This document shows positions 9,792-19,174 of a stretch of DNA of 64,000 nt, piece after piece. Source of the stretch: Vicinamibacteraceae bacterium (GTDB taxonomy: Bacteria > Planctomycetota > Phycisphaerae > Phycisphaerales > UBA5793); NCBI GenBank assembly GCA_011525805.1, contig WYBR01000096.1, positions 8,969 to 72,968 on the forward strand, written 5' to 3'. The notes under the pieces were generated by a model that saw nothing but the letters and a program-made list of their open reading frames with translations, did no database searches and had not been told where the DNA came from. The translations under genes and the position numbers were made by a program. Position 1 is the stretch's first letter. Every line of letters begins with the position of its first letter.

Positions 9792-10478
9792 ATGATTGAA
9801 CTGCCTGTTTACGATTTGGATGGAAAGCAGGTCGACACGTTCAGCGTCGACGAAGCGCTGCTCGGAGGTGAGATCCGCCCCGCGCTGCTCAAGCAGGCCT
9901 ACGTCCGCTCCCACGCCAACCGGCGCCAGGGCTCGGCCCGGACGAAGAACCGCGGCAGGGTCGAAGGCTCGACTCGAAAACTCTTCAAGCAAAAAGGCAC
10001 GGGCAACGCCCGCCGCGGCACCGTGCGCACCAACATCATGAAGGGCGGCGGCGTCGCCTTCGCCAAGACCCGCACCGGCGAGGATTTTCGCAAGGACATG
10101 CCCCGCAAGATGCGCCGCCTCGCCAACCGCAACGCTCTGCTCGCGAAAGCCGTCGACCAGGAGATCAAGGTCATTGACCGGATCAACCTGGACGCGCCAA
10201 AGACCGCCGCATTCAAGTCGATGCTCGAGAAGGTCGGTATCGACCGCTCCTGCCTCGTCGCGCTCGACTCCGCGAACGTCAACGCCCGCCGCAGCGCCCG
10301 CAACCTCGACGGGGTGGACACGATCCGCTGGGAGCAGTTGAACGCGTTTGAACTGCTCAACCATCGCTACCTCGTGATCGAGAAGGCGCACCTCAAGGCC
10401 TTCATCGAAGGCGCGCACTGCACGGGAGGCGCCGAGGGCGGCGCGCCCGCCCCGGCCGCGAAGAAGGGAGGCCGCTGA
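9792..10478 (+). CDS. rplD: 50S ribosomal protein uL4
   Basis: [32 protein letters not shown]. Confidence 0.97.
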   Translation: MIELPVYDLDGKQVDTFSVDEALLGGEIRPALLKQAYVRSHANRRQGSARTKNRGRVEGSTRKLFKQKGTGNARRGTVRTNIMKGGGVAFAKTRTGEDFRKDMPRKMRRLANRNALLAKAVDQEIKVIDRINLDAPKTAAFKSMLEKVGIDRSCLVALDSANVNARRSARNLDGVDTIRWEQLNAFELLNHRYLVIEKAHLKAFIEGAHCTGGAEGGAPAPAAKKGGR

Positions 10479-10753
10479 TGGAAGCCACCACCGTCATCCG
10501 CAAGCCGCTGGTCACGGAGAAGAACTCGGCCGCGGCGGAGGAGAACCGCTACGTCTTCGAGGTCGATCGACGTGCGACCAAGCAGGACATCAAGCGCGCC
10601 GTTGAAGAACTCTACAAGGTGCGCGTGACGAGCGTGAACACCGCCAATCGCATCGGCAAGGTCCGCCGCACGCGGTTCGGCTACACGAGGACGCTGGACC
10701 TGCACAAGGCCGTCGTGCGGGTGCATCCCGACGACCGGATTGAACTGTTTTGA
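10478..10753 (+). CDS. rplW: 50S ribosomal protein uL23
   Basis: [25 protein letters not shown]. Confidence 0.97.
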   Translation: MEATTVIRKPLVTEKNSAAAEENRYVFEVDRRATKQDIKRAVEELYKVRVTSVNTANRIGKVRRTRFGYTRTLDLHKAVVRVHPDDRIELF

Positions 10754-10801
10754 AGCCGGCGTCGCGGCGACGGGCCGCGGCGCGACCAGAGGATTTGAGC
10801 C

Positions 10802-11656
10802 ATGCCGATTCGAGTCTACAAAAGAACCAGCGCCGGGCGGAGGAACTCCTCGGTCAACCTCCACGCCGAGGTGACCAAGCAGACGCCTGAGAAGTCGCTG
10901 CTGCGCCGCTATTCGAAGACGGCCGGGCGCAACAACCAGGGCAAGATCACCGCGTGGGGTCGCGGCGGCGGGCACAAGCGGCGCTACCGCGCCATCGACT
11001 GGAAGCGACATCTCGACGATGTCCCCGCGAAGGTCGTCGGCGTCGAGTACGACCCGAACCGCTCGGCCCACCTCGCGCTGCTCGAGTACGCCGGCGGGGA
11101 GCGGCGCTACATCATCGCGCCCAAGGGGATCAAGGACGGCGAAGTGCTCCTGAGCAGCCGCCAGCGCATCGAGCCCAAGGTCGGCAACTGCATGCCGCTC
11201 AAGTACATCCCCACCGGCCTGAACGTGCACTGCCTCGAGATGGTGCCGGGCAAGGGCGGGCAACTCTGCCGCGCCGCGGGTATGTCGGCCCGCCTGACGA
11301 ACCGTGAGGAGAAGTGGGCGACGCTGGTGATGCCCTCGGGCGAGATCCGGCAGGTTTCCATCGAGTGCCGCGCGACCATCGGCGAGGTCGGCAACACCGA
11401 TCACCAGCAGGTGCGCCTGGGCAAGGCCGGCCGCAGCCGGCACCGCGGCCGCAAACCCAAGACGCGCGGCGTGGTGCGCAATCACTACGACCATCCGCTG
11501 GGCGGCGGCGAAGGCAAGTCCAAGGGCGGCCGCGCCCCCGCCAGCAAGACCGGCGTCTTTGCCAAGGGCGGACGGACGCGCAAGCGCAAACTCGCCTCCG
11601 CCAAGCGGATCATCCGGCGCCGCCGCAGCAAGCGCTACGGGCAACTGACGCTCTGA
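10802..11656 (+). CDS. rplB: 50S ribosomal protein uL2
   Basis: GRNNQGKIT, EYDPNRSA, DHPLGGGEG. Confidence 0.98.
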   Translation: MPIRVYKRTSAGRRNSSVNLHAEVTKQTPEKSLLRRYSKTAGRNNQGKITAWGRGGGHKRRYRAIDWKRHLDDVPAKVVGVEYDPNRSAHLALLEYAGGERRYIIAPKGIKDGEVLLSSRQRIEPKVGNCMPLKYIPTGLNVHCLEMVPGKGGQLCRAAGMSARLTNREEKWATLVMPSGEIRQVSIECRATIGEVGNTDHQQVRLGKAGRSRHRGRKPKTRGVVRNHYDHPLGGGEGKSKGGRAPASKTGVFAKGGRTRKRKLASAKRIIRRRRSKRYGQLTL

Positions 11657-11713
11657 GGAATCGAATCGACGCGGCGGGCGGATTCGTCCCGCCGGTCAAG
11701 AGGAACGTGAATC

Positions 11714-12004
11714 ATGGCTCGATCACTGAAAAAAGGCCCCTTCGTCGAAGAGCATCTCTTCAACAAGGTGATGAGGATGTCCCAGGGAGGACGGCGCGAG
11801 CCGATCAAGACCTGGTCGCGCCGCTGCACCATCGTTCCCGAGTTCGTCGGGCACACCTTCAAGGTGCACAACGGCCGGTCGTTCCTGGACGTCTTCGTGA
11901 CGGAAGACATGGTGGGGCACAAACTCGGCGAGTTCAGCCCCACCCGGCAGTTCCGGGGCCACACGAACAAGAAGGAAGGCATCGTCTCCGGCGCCAAGGG
12001 CTGA
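11714..12004 (+). CDS. rpsS: 30S ribosomal protein uS19
   Basis: [30 protein letters not shown]. Confidence 0.98.
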   Translation: MARSLKKGPFVEEHLFNKVMRMSQGGRREPIKTWSRRCTIVPEFVGHTFKVHNGRSFLDVFVTEDMVGHKLGEFSPTRQFRGHTNKKEGIVSGAKG

Positions 12005-12033
12005 GCAGGCGCCGAACGAGAGGTTGACGCATC

Positions 12034-12567
12034 ATGATTCTGAACGCACAACGATTCAACGCGGTGATGAAGGCCGCCGGGGCAAGCCCTGAGGACCTCG
12101 CGGCCGCCATCAGGCGGCCGGGGATCAACGCCGTCTCCGCGCTGCGCAACTGGTCGAAGGGCAACTACAAGCCGGCGCCGAAGCGCGAGGACATCCGCGC
12201 CCTCGCCGCCGCGCTTCGCGTCGGCGTGAGCGACATCGCCGACTTCGACGGCGCGCACAAGTGGGCGCGGATTTCGCCCCGAAAGGTGCGGCTGGTGTCT
12301 GACCTCATCCGCGGCCGCGACATCGACACCGCCCTCACCGTGCTCAAATTCAGCAAGAAGCGGGCGGCGGTGTTCGTTCGCAAGGCCCTCGAGTCGGCCA
12401 TCGCCTCGGCGGAAGACAATGAGGCTGATCTCAGCCGCCTCGTCGTCAGCGAGTCGCGCGTCGACGAGGGGCCGACGATGAAGCGCTTCCAGCCCAAGGA
12501 CCGGGGCCGGGCGCACCCCATCATGAAGCGGTCCAGCCACGTGCGCGTCGCGGTGGCGGTCGCTTAG
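12034..12567 (+). CDS. rplV: 50S ribosomal protein uL22 with N-terminal XRE-like HTH domain
   Basis: C-terminal [11 protein letters not shown]...[27 protein letters not shown] is uL22; ~68 extra N-terminal residues have an HTH pattern; SD GAGG upstream. Confidence 0.95.
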   Translation: MILNAQRFNAVMKAAGASPEDLAAAIRRPGINAVSALRNWSKGNYKPAPKREDIRALAAALRVGVSDIADFDGAHKWARISPRKVRLVSDLIRGRDIDTALTVLKFSKKRAAVFVRKALESAIASAEDNEADLSRLVVSESRVDEGPTMKRFQPKDRGRAHPIMKRSSHVRVAVAVA

Positions 12568-12655
12568 GCAGGAGCAGGCCGGCGCGGCGCCGAAGCGCCC
12601 GCCCGCGAGAGACGAGACTCGGGGCCGCGGCCCCAGGAAACGGACTGGTCGAACC

Positions 12656-13354
12656 ATGGGACAGAAGTGTCATCCGCTCGGATTCAGGGTCGGCATCACC
12701 GAGCCGCATCGCAGCCGCTGGTACGCGCCCAAGGCGCTCTACGGCGAGTTGCTCGTGGAGGACTTCCGCATCCGCGAGTACGTGGACAAGCGCCTCAACC
12801 GCACGCCGCCCTTCGCCGCCGTCTCCGAGATTCACATCGAGCGGACGCGGCAGGAACTCTCGATCGTCCTCAAGACGGCGCGGCCGGGTCTGGTCATCGG
12901 CCCGCGCGGCGCCGAGGTCGAGAAACTCCAGCAGGATCTCCAGACCATGACCGGCCGCCAGGTCTCGATCAAGATCGTCGAGATCAAGAGCCCGGACACG
13001 AACGCGAAACTCATCGCCGAGGGAATCGCGGAGCAGTTGAAGAAGCGGGCGAGTTTCCGCCGCATCCTCAAGATGCGCGCCGAGGGCGCGATGCAGGCGG
13101 GAGCCAAGGGGGTCAAGATCAGCGTCTCGGGCCGTCTCGGCGGCGCCGAGATGAGCCGCAGCCTCACCGTCGCCCTCGGGTCCATCCCGCTCCAGACGCT
13201 GCAGGCGAACGTGGATTACGGCTTTGCGCCGAGTTTCACCAAGTCCGGGACGATCGGCGTGAAGGTGTGGGTGTACAAGGGTCTCTACGAAGCGAGCGAG
13301 GAGGCCGAGTCCACCGCGGCCGGCGGCCGGGCCCGTGCGCGAGGACGGCGTTGA
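12656..13354 (+). CDS. rpsC: 30S ribosomal protein uS3
   Basis: MGQKCHPLGFRVG, ARPGLVIG, SGRLGGAEMSR. Confidence 0.98.
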   Translation: MGQKCHPLGFRVGITEPHRSRWYAPKALYGELLVEDFRIREYVDKRLNRTPPFAAVSEIHIERTRQELSIVLKTARPGLVIGPRGAEVEKLQQDLQTMTGRQVSIKIVEIKSPDTNAKLIAEGIAEQLKKRASFRRILKMRAEGAMQAGAKGVKISVSGRLGGAEMSRSLTVALGSIPLQTLQANVDYGFAPSFTKSGTIGVKVWVYKGLYEASEEAESTAAGGRARARGRR

Positions 13355-13416
13355 CCGCCGAGTGTGATTCCGCTTGCGCCGCGGCGCAAGTCCGCCAGAC
13401 GAGAGGATGAGTTCCG

Positions 13417-13836
13417 ATGCCTCGAATGCCCAAGAGAATGAAGTTCCGCAAGCAGCAGCGCGGCCGCCTGCGCGGCAATGCGACTGCGGGCAACTACGTC
13501 GCCTACGGCGACTTCGGCCTGCAGTCGCTCGAGCACGCCTGGGTCAGCGCCCGGCAACTCGAGGCCGGCCGCGTCGCCTGCACCCACTTCCTCCAGCGCG
13601 AGGGCAAGGTCTTCATTCGCGTCTTCCCCGACAAGCCGATTTCGAAAAAGCCCATCGAGACGCGCATGGGCAAGGGCAAGGCTGAAACCGAGTACTGGGC
13701 CGCGCGCGTCAAGCCCGGCACCGTGCTCTTCGAGATCGCCGGCGTGCCCCACGAGGCGGCGCAGGGCGCCCTGGCTCGCGTCGCCATGAAGATGCCCGTC
13801 CGCTGCCGGCTCATCACGAGGCGACTGACCGTTTGA
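13417..13836 (+). CDS. rplP: 50S ribosomal protein uL16
   Basis: PKRMKFRKQQRG, RVFPDKPIS, ETRMGKGK. Confidence 0.98.
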   Translation: MPRMPKRMKFRKQQRGRLRGNATAGNYVAYGDFGLQSLEHAWVSARQLEAGRVACTHFLQREGKVFIRVFPDKPISKKPIETRMGKGKAETEYWAARVKPGTVLFEIAGVPHEAAQGALARVAMKMPVRCRLITRRLTV

Positions 13837-13887
13837 CGAACCCGAGCGCAGCGCCGCGGCGATCCGCTCCAGAATCGGGAACACGAC

Positions 13888-14094
13888 ATGAAGGCCAAAG
13901 AAGCACACAAACTGAGCGATGAGGAAGTGGCGGTCGAGATCGATCGCATCCGGCGCCACCTCTTCGAACTTCGCACCCAGGCCGTCACCGAGAAGATCGA
14001 GGACTCATCGCAGTTTCCCAAGAACCGCAAGGACGTGGCGCGGCTGCTCACGGAGCGCCGTCGACGCGAGATCGAAAGGCAGAGCCAGTCATGA
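13888..14094 (+). CDS. rpmC: 50S ribosomal protein uL29
   Basis: LFELRTQ...RKDVARLLT; operon position. Confidence 0.95.
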   Translation: MKAKEAHKLSDEEVAVEIDRIRRHLFELRTQAVTEKIEDSSQFPKNRKDVARLLTERRRREIERQSQS

Positions 14095-14411
14095 CCACCG
14101 CCGCCCCCGCCAGCAAGTCACGCCGCGTGCGGCCCCTCGAGGAGGGCATCGTCGATCGCGCCTCGAACGACAAGACCCGCCGCGTGCGCATCGAGTTCCA
14201 GGTGCGCCACCCGAAGTACGGCAAGTTCATCAAGCGCCGGGCGTTCCGCACCGTCCACGACGAGAAGAACGTCAGCGCCGTGGGGGATCGCGTCGAGATC
14301 ATGCCCTGTCGCCCGATGAGCAAGACCAAGCGGTGGAAGGTGGTCCGCGTGCTCGCGGCCGCGGTGGGAGAAGTGTCGCTCCACGACGAGGGGCAGGGCG
14401 TCGTCGCCTGA
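14091..14411 (+). CDS. rpsQ: 30S ribosomal protein uS17
   Basis: HPKYGKFIKR, HDEKN, RPMSKTKRW. Confidence 0.97.
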   Translation: MTTAAPASKSRRVRPLEEGIVDRASNDKTRRVRIEFQVRHPKYGKFIKRRAFRTVHDEKNVSAVGDRVEIMPCRPMSKTKRWKVVRVLAAAVGEVSLHDEGQGVVA

Positions 14412-14470
14412 TTGCACGACCATCGATCGCGTCGCTGCGGCGCCGCGGTCTGAGATGAACGGATCAAGCC

Positions 14471-14857
14471 ATGCTGCAACAAGAAGCCAGAGTCGAAGTC
14501 GCGGACAACACGGGCGCCAAGGTCGCCTACATCATCCGCGTGCTGGGCGGGTCGACCTCCCGGGGCCGCTTCACGCGGCGCACCGCCGGCGTGGGAGACC
14601 GCGTCATCTGCGCCGTCAAGAAGGCCCTGCCCGGAGGCGACGTCAAGGCCGGCGACAAGGTCAAGGCCGTCGTCGTCCGCACCGCCTATCCAACACGCCG
14701 TCCGGACGGCTCGCTCATCCGGTTCGACAACTCCGCCGTCGTCCTCATCAACGACGACGGCAATCCCAAGGGCACGCGCATCTTCGGCGCCGTCGCCCGC
14801 GAACTCCGCGAGAAGAACTACCTCAAGATCGTCTCGCTTGCCACGGAGGTGCTCTGA
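14471..14857 (+). CDS. rplN: 50S ribosomal protein uL14
   Basis: [32 protein letters not shown]. Confidence 0.98.
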   Translation: MLQQEARVEVADNTGAKVAYIIRVLGGSTSRGRFTRRTAGVGDRVICAVKKALPGGDVKAGDKVKAVVVRTAYPTRRPDGSLIRFDNSAVVLINDDGNPKGTRIFGAVARELREKNYLKIVSLATEVL

Positions 14858-14859
14858 TC

Positions 14860-15363
14860 ATGCCCGCCCACGTCCGCAGCGGCGACACGGTGATGGTGAC
14901 GGCCGGCTCCGATCGGGGCCGGACCGGCACCGTCCTCAAGGTCATCCCCGCAAAGAGCCAGGTCATCGTGCAGGGGCTCAACACCCGCACCAAGCACCTC
15001 AAGCCCTCGCAGACCAATCCGCAGGGCGGGGTCATCACGCGCGAGATGCCCATTCACCTCTCCAACGTCAGCCCCGTCGTGGACGGCAAGCCGACGCGCG
15101 TTCGATTCGCCGTCAAGAGCGACGGGTCGAAGGTGCGCGTCGCGGCCCGTGGCGGGCAGGAACTCGGCGTCGTTCACGGGCCGCGCGAGTCGCGCGGCCC
15201 GGCGGGCGCATCACCCGGCCCTTCGCGGCGGGTCGCCTCGAAGAAGAAGCCCGCGCGGCGCAAGGGCGGCGCCAAGGCCGGCGGCAAGGCCGCTGCGGGC
15301 AAGTCCGCCAGCCGCAAAGCCGCCAGCAGCACCAAGAAGACCGGCACCGGAAGGAAAACCTGA
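14860..15363 (+). CDS. rplX: 50S ribosomal protein uL24 with Lys/Ala-rich C-terminal tail
   Basis: HVRSGDTVMVTAGSDRG, PIHLSNV; ~60-aa basic low-complexity tail. Confidence 0.95.
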   Translation: MPAHVRSGDTVMVTAGSDRGRTGTVLKVIPAKSQVIVQGLNTRTKHLKPSQTNPQGGVITREMPIHLSNVSPVVDGKPTRVRFAVKSDGSKVRVAARGGQELGVVHGPRESRGPAGASPGPSRRVASKKKPARRKGGAKAGGKAAAGKSASRKAASSTKKTGTGRKT

Positions 15364-15409
15364 GCGACCCGGGACTCAACCAACCGCCTCCACGACTGGA
15401 TGATCGACC

Positions 15410-16000
15410 ATGACAGCAACCGCCGCACCAACGCGAATCAAAACCGCCCTTCAGGAGAAGTTCGAGAAGGAAGTTCTTCCCAAGGTGAAGGAGAAGTTCG
15501 GCATCACGAACCCGATGGCGCTGCCGCGCCTCGAGAAGGTCGTGATCAACACCGGCATGGGCAAGCAACTCGAGAACAACAAACTCAAGCCCGAGATCCG
15601 CGACGCGGTGCTCGGCACGCTCGCCGCCGTCTCCGGCCAGAAGCCCGTGTTGCTCACCGCCAAGAAGTCGGTGGCGAACTTCAAGGTGCGCGAGGGCGCG
15701 ACCTCCGCGGCGATGGTCACGCTGCGGCGCGACCGCATGTGGAGCCTGCTCCAGCGCGTCATTCACCTCGCCATCCCCCGCGTCAAGGACTTCCGCGGCC
15801 TCAAGGACACCTCCTTCGACAAGCAGGGCAACTACTCCTTCGGCTTCAGCGAGCAGGCCGTCTTCCCCGAGATCGACATGGGCAAGGTGACCTTCTCGCA
15901 CGGCATGCACATCAACATCTCGTTCCGCAACTCCAATCCAGCCATCAGCCGCTTCGTCCTCGCCGAACTCGGCTGGCCCTTCAAGCGCGAGGACTCGTAA
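15410..16000 (+). CDS. rplE: 50S ribosomal protein uL5
   Basis: [30 protein letters not shown]. Confidence 0.98.
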   Translation: MTATAAPTRIKTALQEKFEKEVLPKVKEKFGITNPMALPRLEKVVINTGMGKQLENNKLKPEIRDAVLGTLAAVSGQKPVLLTAKKSVANFKVREGATSAAMVTLRRDRMWSLLQRVIHLAIPRVKDFRGLKDTSFDKQGNYSFGFSEQAVFPEIDMGKVTFSHGMHINISFRNSNPAISRFVLAELGWPFKREDS

Positions 16001-16046
16001 GCGACGCAAGGCCTCAGGCGCGGCCCGGCCGCGAAGGAACCAATCA

Positions 16047-16232
16047 ATGGCGACGAAAGCACAAATGGCCAAGTTGAAGCGACCGCCGAAGTTCTCGACG
16101 CGCAAGGTGCGCCGCTGCGAGATCACCGGCCGGGCGCGGGGCGTGTACCGCAAGTTCCGCGTCAGCCGCATCATGCTCCGCGAACTCGCCCACCAGGGGC
16201 TTATCCCCGGCATGCGCAAGGCGAGTTGGTAA
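16047..16232 (+). CDS. rpsN: 30S ribosomal protein uS14 (short 61-aa form lacking most Zn ligands)
   Basis: [37 protein letters not shown]. Confidence 0.96.
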   Translation: MATKAQMAKLKRPPKFSTRKVRRCEITGRARGVYRKFRVSRIMLRELAHQGLIPGMRKASW

Positions 16233-16248
16233 ACACGCTCAGGCCAAA

Positions 16249-16271
16249 GCCCACGTTCAATGAACGTGGGC
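16249..16271. repeat. REP-like palindrome GCCCACGTTCA-A-TGAACGTGGGC
   Basis: Perfect 11-bp stem in the rpsN-rpsH spacer; near-identical copy at 43238-43258. Confidence 0.75.
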
Positions 16272-16311
16272 CTCGGACCTGCGATTGAAAGCATCCAAGA
16301 GGGTTTGACTG

Positions 16312-16710
16312 ATGTCATTCAACGACCCGATTTCCGACCTGCTCACGCGCATTCGCAACGGCCTGCAGAACCGCGCGGGAACCGTCAACTGCATCAACAG
16401 CCGCGTCTGCCGCGGCGTCTGCGACGTGCTGCGCGACGAAGGCTACATCGAGCGCTACGACGTCATCGACAACGGCCTGGGCGGGTTGATCCGCGTGCAC
16501 CTCAAATACGGCCCGCGCGGCGAGACGGTCTTGCACAACCTGCGGCGCGAGAGCAAGCCCGGTCGGCGCGTCTACACCGGCGTGGACAACCTCAAGCGCC
16601 CGCTCGATGGCCTGGGCATCTCCATCGTGTCCACCAGCCGCGGCGTGCTCAGCGATCGCAAGTGTCGGGAATTCAAGGTCGGAGGCGAGTTGCTGGCGAC
16701 GGTCGATTGA
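16312..16710 (+). CDS. rpsH: 30S ribosomal protein uS8
   Basis: DPISDLLTRIRNG, SKPGRRVY, GISIVSTSRG, GGELL. Confidence 0.98.
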   Translation: MSFNDPISDLLTRIRNGLQNRAGTVNCINSRVCRGVCDVLRDEGYIERYDVIDNGLGGLIRVHLKYGPRGETVLHNLRRESKPGRRVYTGVDNLKRPLDGLGISIVSTSRGVLSDRKCREFKVGGELLATVD

Positions 16711-16784
16711 CCCGCGCACGGTCCGGCCGGCCGATCCGCTGCCGCGGGCCGGTCGAGCCCGGAGGCGCGGCAGGAGTATGAACC

Positions 16785-17339
16785 ATGTCTCGAGTTGGAA
16801 AGAAACCCGTCCCCGTCCCCGCCGGCGTCAACGTCGCGGTGGCGAACCGCACGGTCACCATCGAAAAGGGCCCGAGCAAACTCCAGGTCACGCATCGACC
16901 CGAGGTCGATGTGCAGTGGCAGCCCGACAAGCGGGAGATCGTCTGCACCATCCCCGAGTCGAAGATGCGCGACCAGGCGTACAAGGCCTATTGGGGTACG
17001 ACGCGCTCCCTCATTCAGAACATGATCCGCGGCGTGACGAAGGGCTACGAGAAGAAACTCGAAGTCATCGGCGTGGGCTGGAACGCCAACGTCCAGGGCA
17101 ACAAACTGGTCATGAACCTCGGCTACTCCAAGCCCGTCGAGTTGCCGGTGCCCGCGGGAATCAAGGTCGCCGTCGAGCGACAGTTCATCACCCTCACCTC
17201 ACCAGACAAGCAGGCGATCGGGCAGTTCGCCGCCACGATTCGCGCCAAGCGCAAGCCCGAACCCTACAACGGCAAGGGCGTGAAGTACGCGGACGAGCAG
17301 ATCATCCGCAAGGAAGGCAAGACCGTCGTCGGCCGCTGA
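16785..17339 (+). CDS. rplF: 50S ribosomal protein uL6
   Basis: MSRVGKKP, RKPEPYNGKGVKY. Confidence 0.98.
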   Translation: MSRVGKKPVPVPAGVNVAVANRTVTIEKGPSKLQVTHRPEVDVQWQPDKREIVCTIPESKMRDQAYKAYWGTTRSLIQNMIRGVTKGYEKKLEVIGVGWNANVQGNKLVMNLGYSKPVELPVPAGIKVAVERQFITLTSPDKQAIGQFAATIRAKRKPEPYNGKGVKYADEQIIRKEGKTVVGR

Positions 17340-17392
17340 GCGGCGCGCGGAACACCGCATCGGCTCGGGCCCCGGCCCGGGAGGAATGAGTC

Positions 17393-17755
17393 ATGAGTCG
17401 CACATCGGATCGAGTTCTCCGCCGCCAGCGCCGCCGGCGCGGGCTGCGCAAACGCATCTTCGGGACGCCCGACCGGCCGCGCCTGTCGATTTACCGCTCG
17501 CTCAAGTACGTGTACGCGCAGGTGATCGACGATGTGGCGGGGCGGACCCTCGCCGCCGCGAGTTCGCGCGATGCCGAGTTCAAGGGGCCGTCGACTCGCG
17601 ACTGCGCCGCCGCGGCCACCGTCGGGACGCTTCTTGCCCAGCGCGCCCTCCAGGCCGGCGTCACTCGCGTCCAGTTCGATCGCAGCGGGCTTCGGTATCA
17701 CGGCCGCGTCAAGGCCATCGCGGAGGCGGCGCGCAAGGGCGGGCTTCAGTTCTAA
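17393..17755 (+). CDS. rplR: 50S ribosomal protein uL18
   Basis: [28 protein letters not shown]. Confidence 0.98.
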   Translation: MSRTSDRVLRRQRRRRGLRKRIFGTPDRPRLSIYRSLKYVYAQVIDDVAGRTLAAASSRDAEFKGPSTRDCAAAATVGTLLAQRALQAGVTRVQFDRSGLRYHGRVKAIAEAARKGGLQF

Positions 17756-17815
17756 CCACACCCAGGAGAGGCCGCAACCCGTTTGCTCCGCGCGACCGGG
17801 ATCGGATGACCACAC

Positions 17816-18490
17816 ATGATCGACGAATCAAGCGAATCACAGGGATTTGAATCGAGCACGGTCGGCGTGTTCCGCACGGCCGCCACCGTCAAGGGCGGTC
17901 GGCGCTTCAGTTTCGGCGCGCTCGTCGTCGTCGGCGACCGGCGCGGCCGGGTCGGCTTCGGCTACGCCAAGGGCAAGGAAGTTCCCCCCGCGATCGAGAA
18001 GGCGGAGAAGACCGCCCGGCGCGACCTCCTCAAGGTCGAACTCATCAAGGGCACCATCCCGCACTCAGTGCTCGGCCGCTTCGGCGCCAGCGAGGTGCGG
18101 CTCCTCCCTGCCAGCCCCGGCACCGGCGTCGTCGCGGGCGGCACCGTCCGCGCTGTCCTCGAACTCGCCGGCGTGCGCGACTGCCTGACCAAGTGCTACG
18201 GCTCCACGAACAAGAAAAACCTCGTCAAGGCCACGATGAACGGCCTGCAGCAACTCCGCTCTAAGCGCCTCGTCGAGGAGTTGCGCGGCGTGTCGATCGA
18301 AACCACCCACGTCGAGGAGTTCACCGCCAACGCCCCCGAGGTCGAATACGTTCGCAAGGCCCCGCCCAAACGCGAAGAGCAGTCCGGCGGAGGCCGTCGC
18401 GGCTCAGGCCGCGGACGCGGCCGATCTCGTCGCGAAGGCGGCGAGGAGGGCCAGGCCGGGCAGACCGGCCAGAGCCCCGCTCCGGAGTAA
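17816..18490 (+). CDS. rpsE: 30S ribosomal protein uS5 with C-terminal extension
   Basis: TVKGGRRFSFGALVVVGD, PASPGTGVVAGG. Confidence 0.97.
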   Translation: MIDESSESQGFESSTVGVFRTAATVKGGRRFSFGALVVVGDRRGRVGFGYAKGKEVPPAIEKAEKTARRDLLKVELIKGTIPHSVLGRFGASEVRLLPASPGTGVVAGGTVRAVLELAGVRDCLTKCYGSTNKKNLVKATMNGLQQLRSKRLVEELRGVSIETTHVEEFTANAPEVEYVRKAPPKREEQSGGGRRGSGRGRGRSRREGGEEGQAGQTGQSPAPE

Positions 18491-18592
18491 CCACCGCCCC
18501 ACCGCGGGCTTCGGCCCCGACGGCGCATCGCCAATGTCAGCCAATGCGGCCGGACCCGTTCCGACCCGCACGTCCGAAAGAGAGTTCTCACC

Positions 18593-19087
18593 ATGATGAT
18601 CCACGAGATCACCAGCCTCGTCGAGCGACACAAGGACCGCAAGCGAGTCGGCCGCGGCCGCGGCTCCGGCCTCGGCAAGACCTCCGGCCGGGGCCACAAG
18701 GGCGCCAAGTCGCGCAGCGGCTGGAGCGAAAAACTCGCCCGCGAAGGCGGCCAGTTGGCTTATTTCCGCCGAATCCCCAAGCGCGGTTTCTCCAATAAGA
18801 ACTTCGCCACACGGTTCTACGTCGTCAACGTGCGCGACCTGCAGAAGCACTTCAGCGACGGCGAGGCGGTCAGCCCCGCGACCCTCATCGACAAGGGCCT
18901 GGTGCGCGACGCGGCCCTGCCGGTGAAGATACTCGGCTGCGGCGAACTCACCCGTCGCCTCTCCGTCTCCGCCGGGCAGGTCTCCGCCTCGGCACGCGAG
19001 AAGATCGAAAAGGCCGGAGGAACGATCGAACTGAGCGACAAGAAATCCTGGACCCGGCCGCCGTCGAAGAAGACCGAACGCACCTGA
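18593..19087 (+). CDS. rplO: 50S ribosomal protein uL15
   Basis: RVGRGRGSGLGKTSGRGHKG, EGGQ, RIPKRGF. Confidence 0.98.
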   Translation: MMIHEITSLVERHKDRKRVGRGRGSGLGKTSGRGHKGAKSRSGWSEKLAREGGQLAYFRRIPKRGFSNKNFATRFYVVNVRDLQKHFSDGEAVSPATLIDKGLVRDAALPVKILGCGELTRRLSVSAGQVSASAREKIEKAGGTIELSDKKSWTRPPSKKTERT

Positions 19088-19174
19088 CCGCGCCCGCCAC
19101 CCGCGCCGCGGAGGACGGCGGCGCCGCGGCGACGTTTCCGCCTCACGAGTGATACCCAGATCGGCTTGCCCACC

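Noticed and set aside
8178-11687. Shared 11-mer GGCGGATTCGT in the S10 promoter spacer (8178) and before rpsS (11677) as an operator for the uL22 HTH
   Set aside because: Not palindromic, only two copies, found post hoc; the second copy is explained by an RNA hairpin
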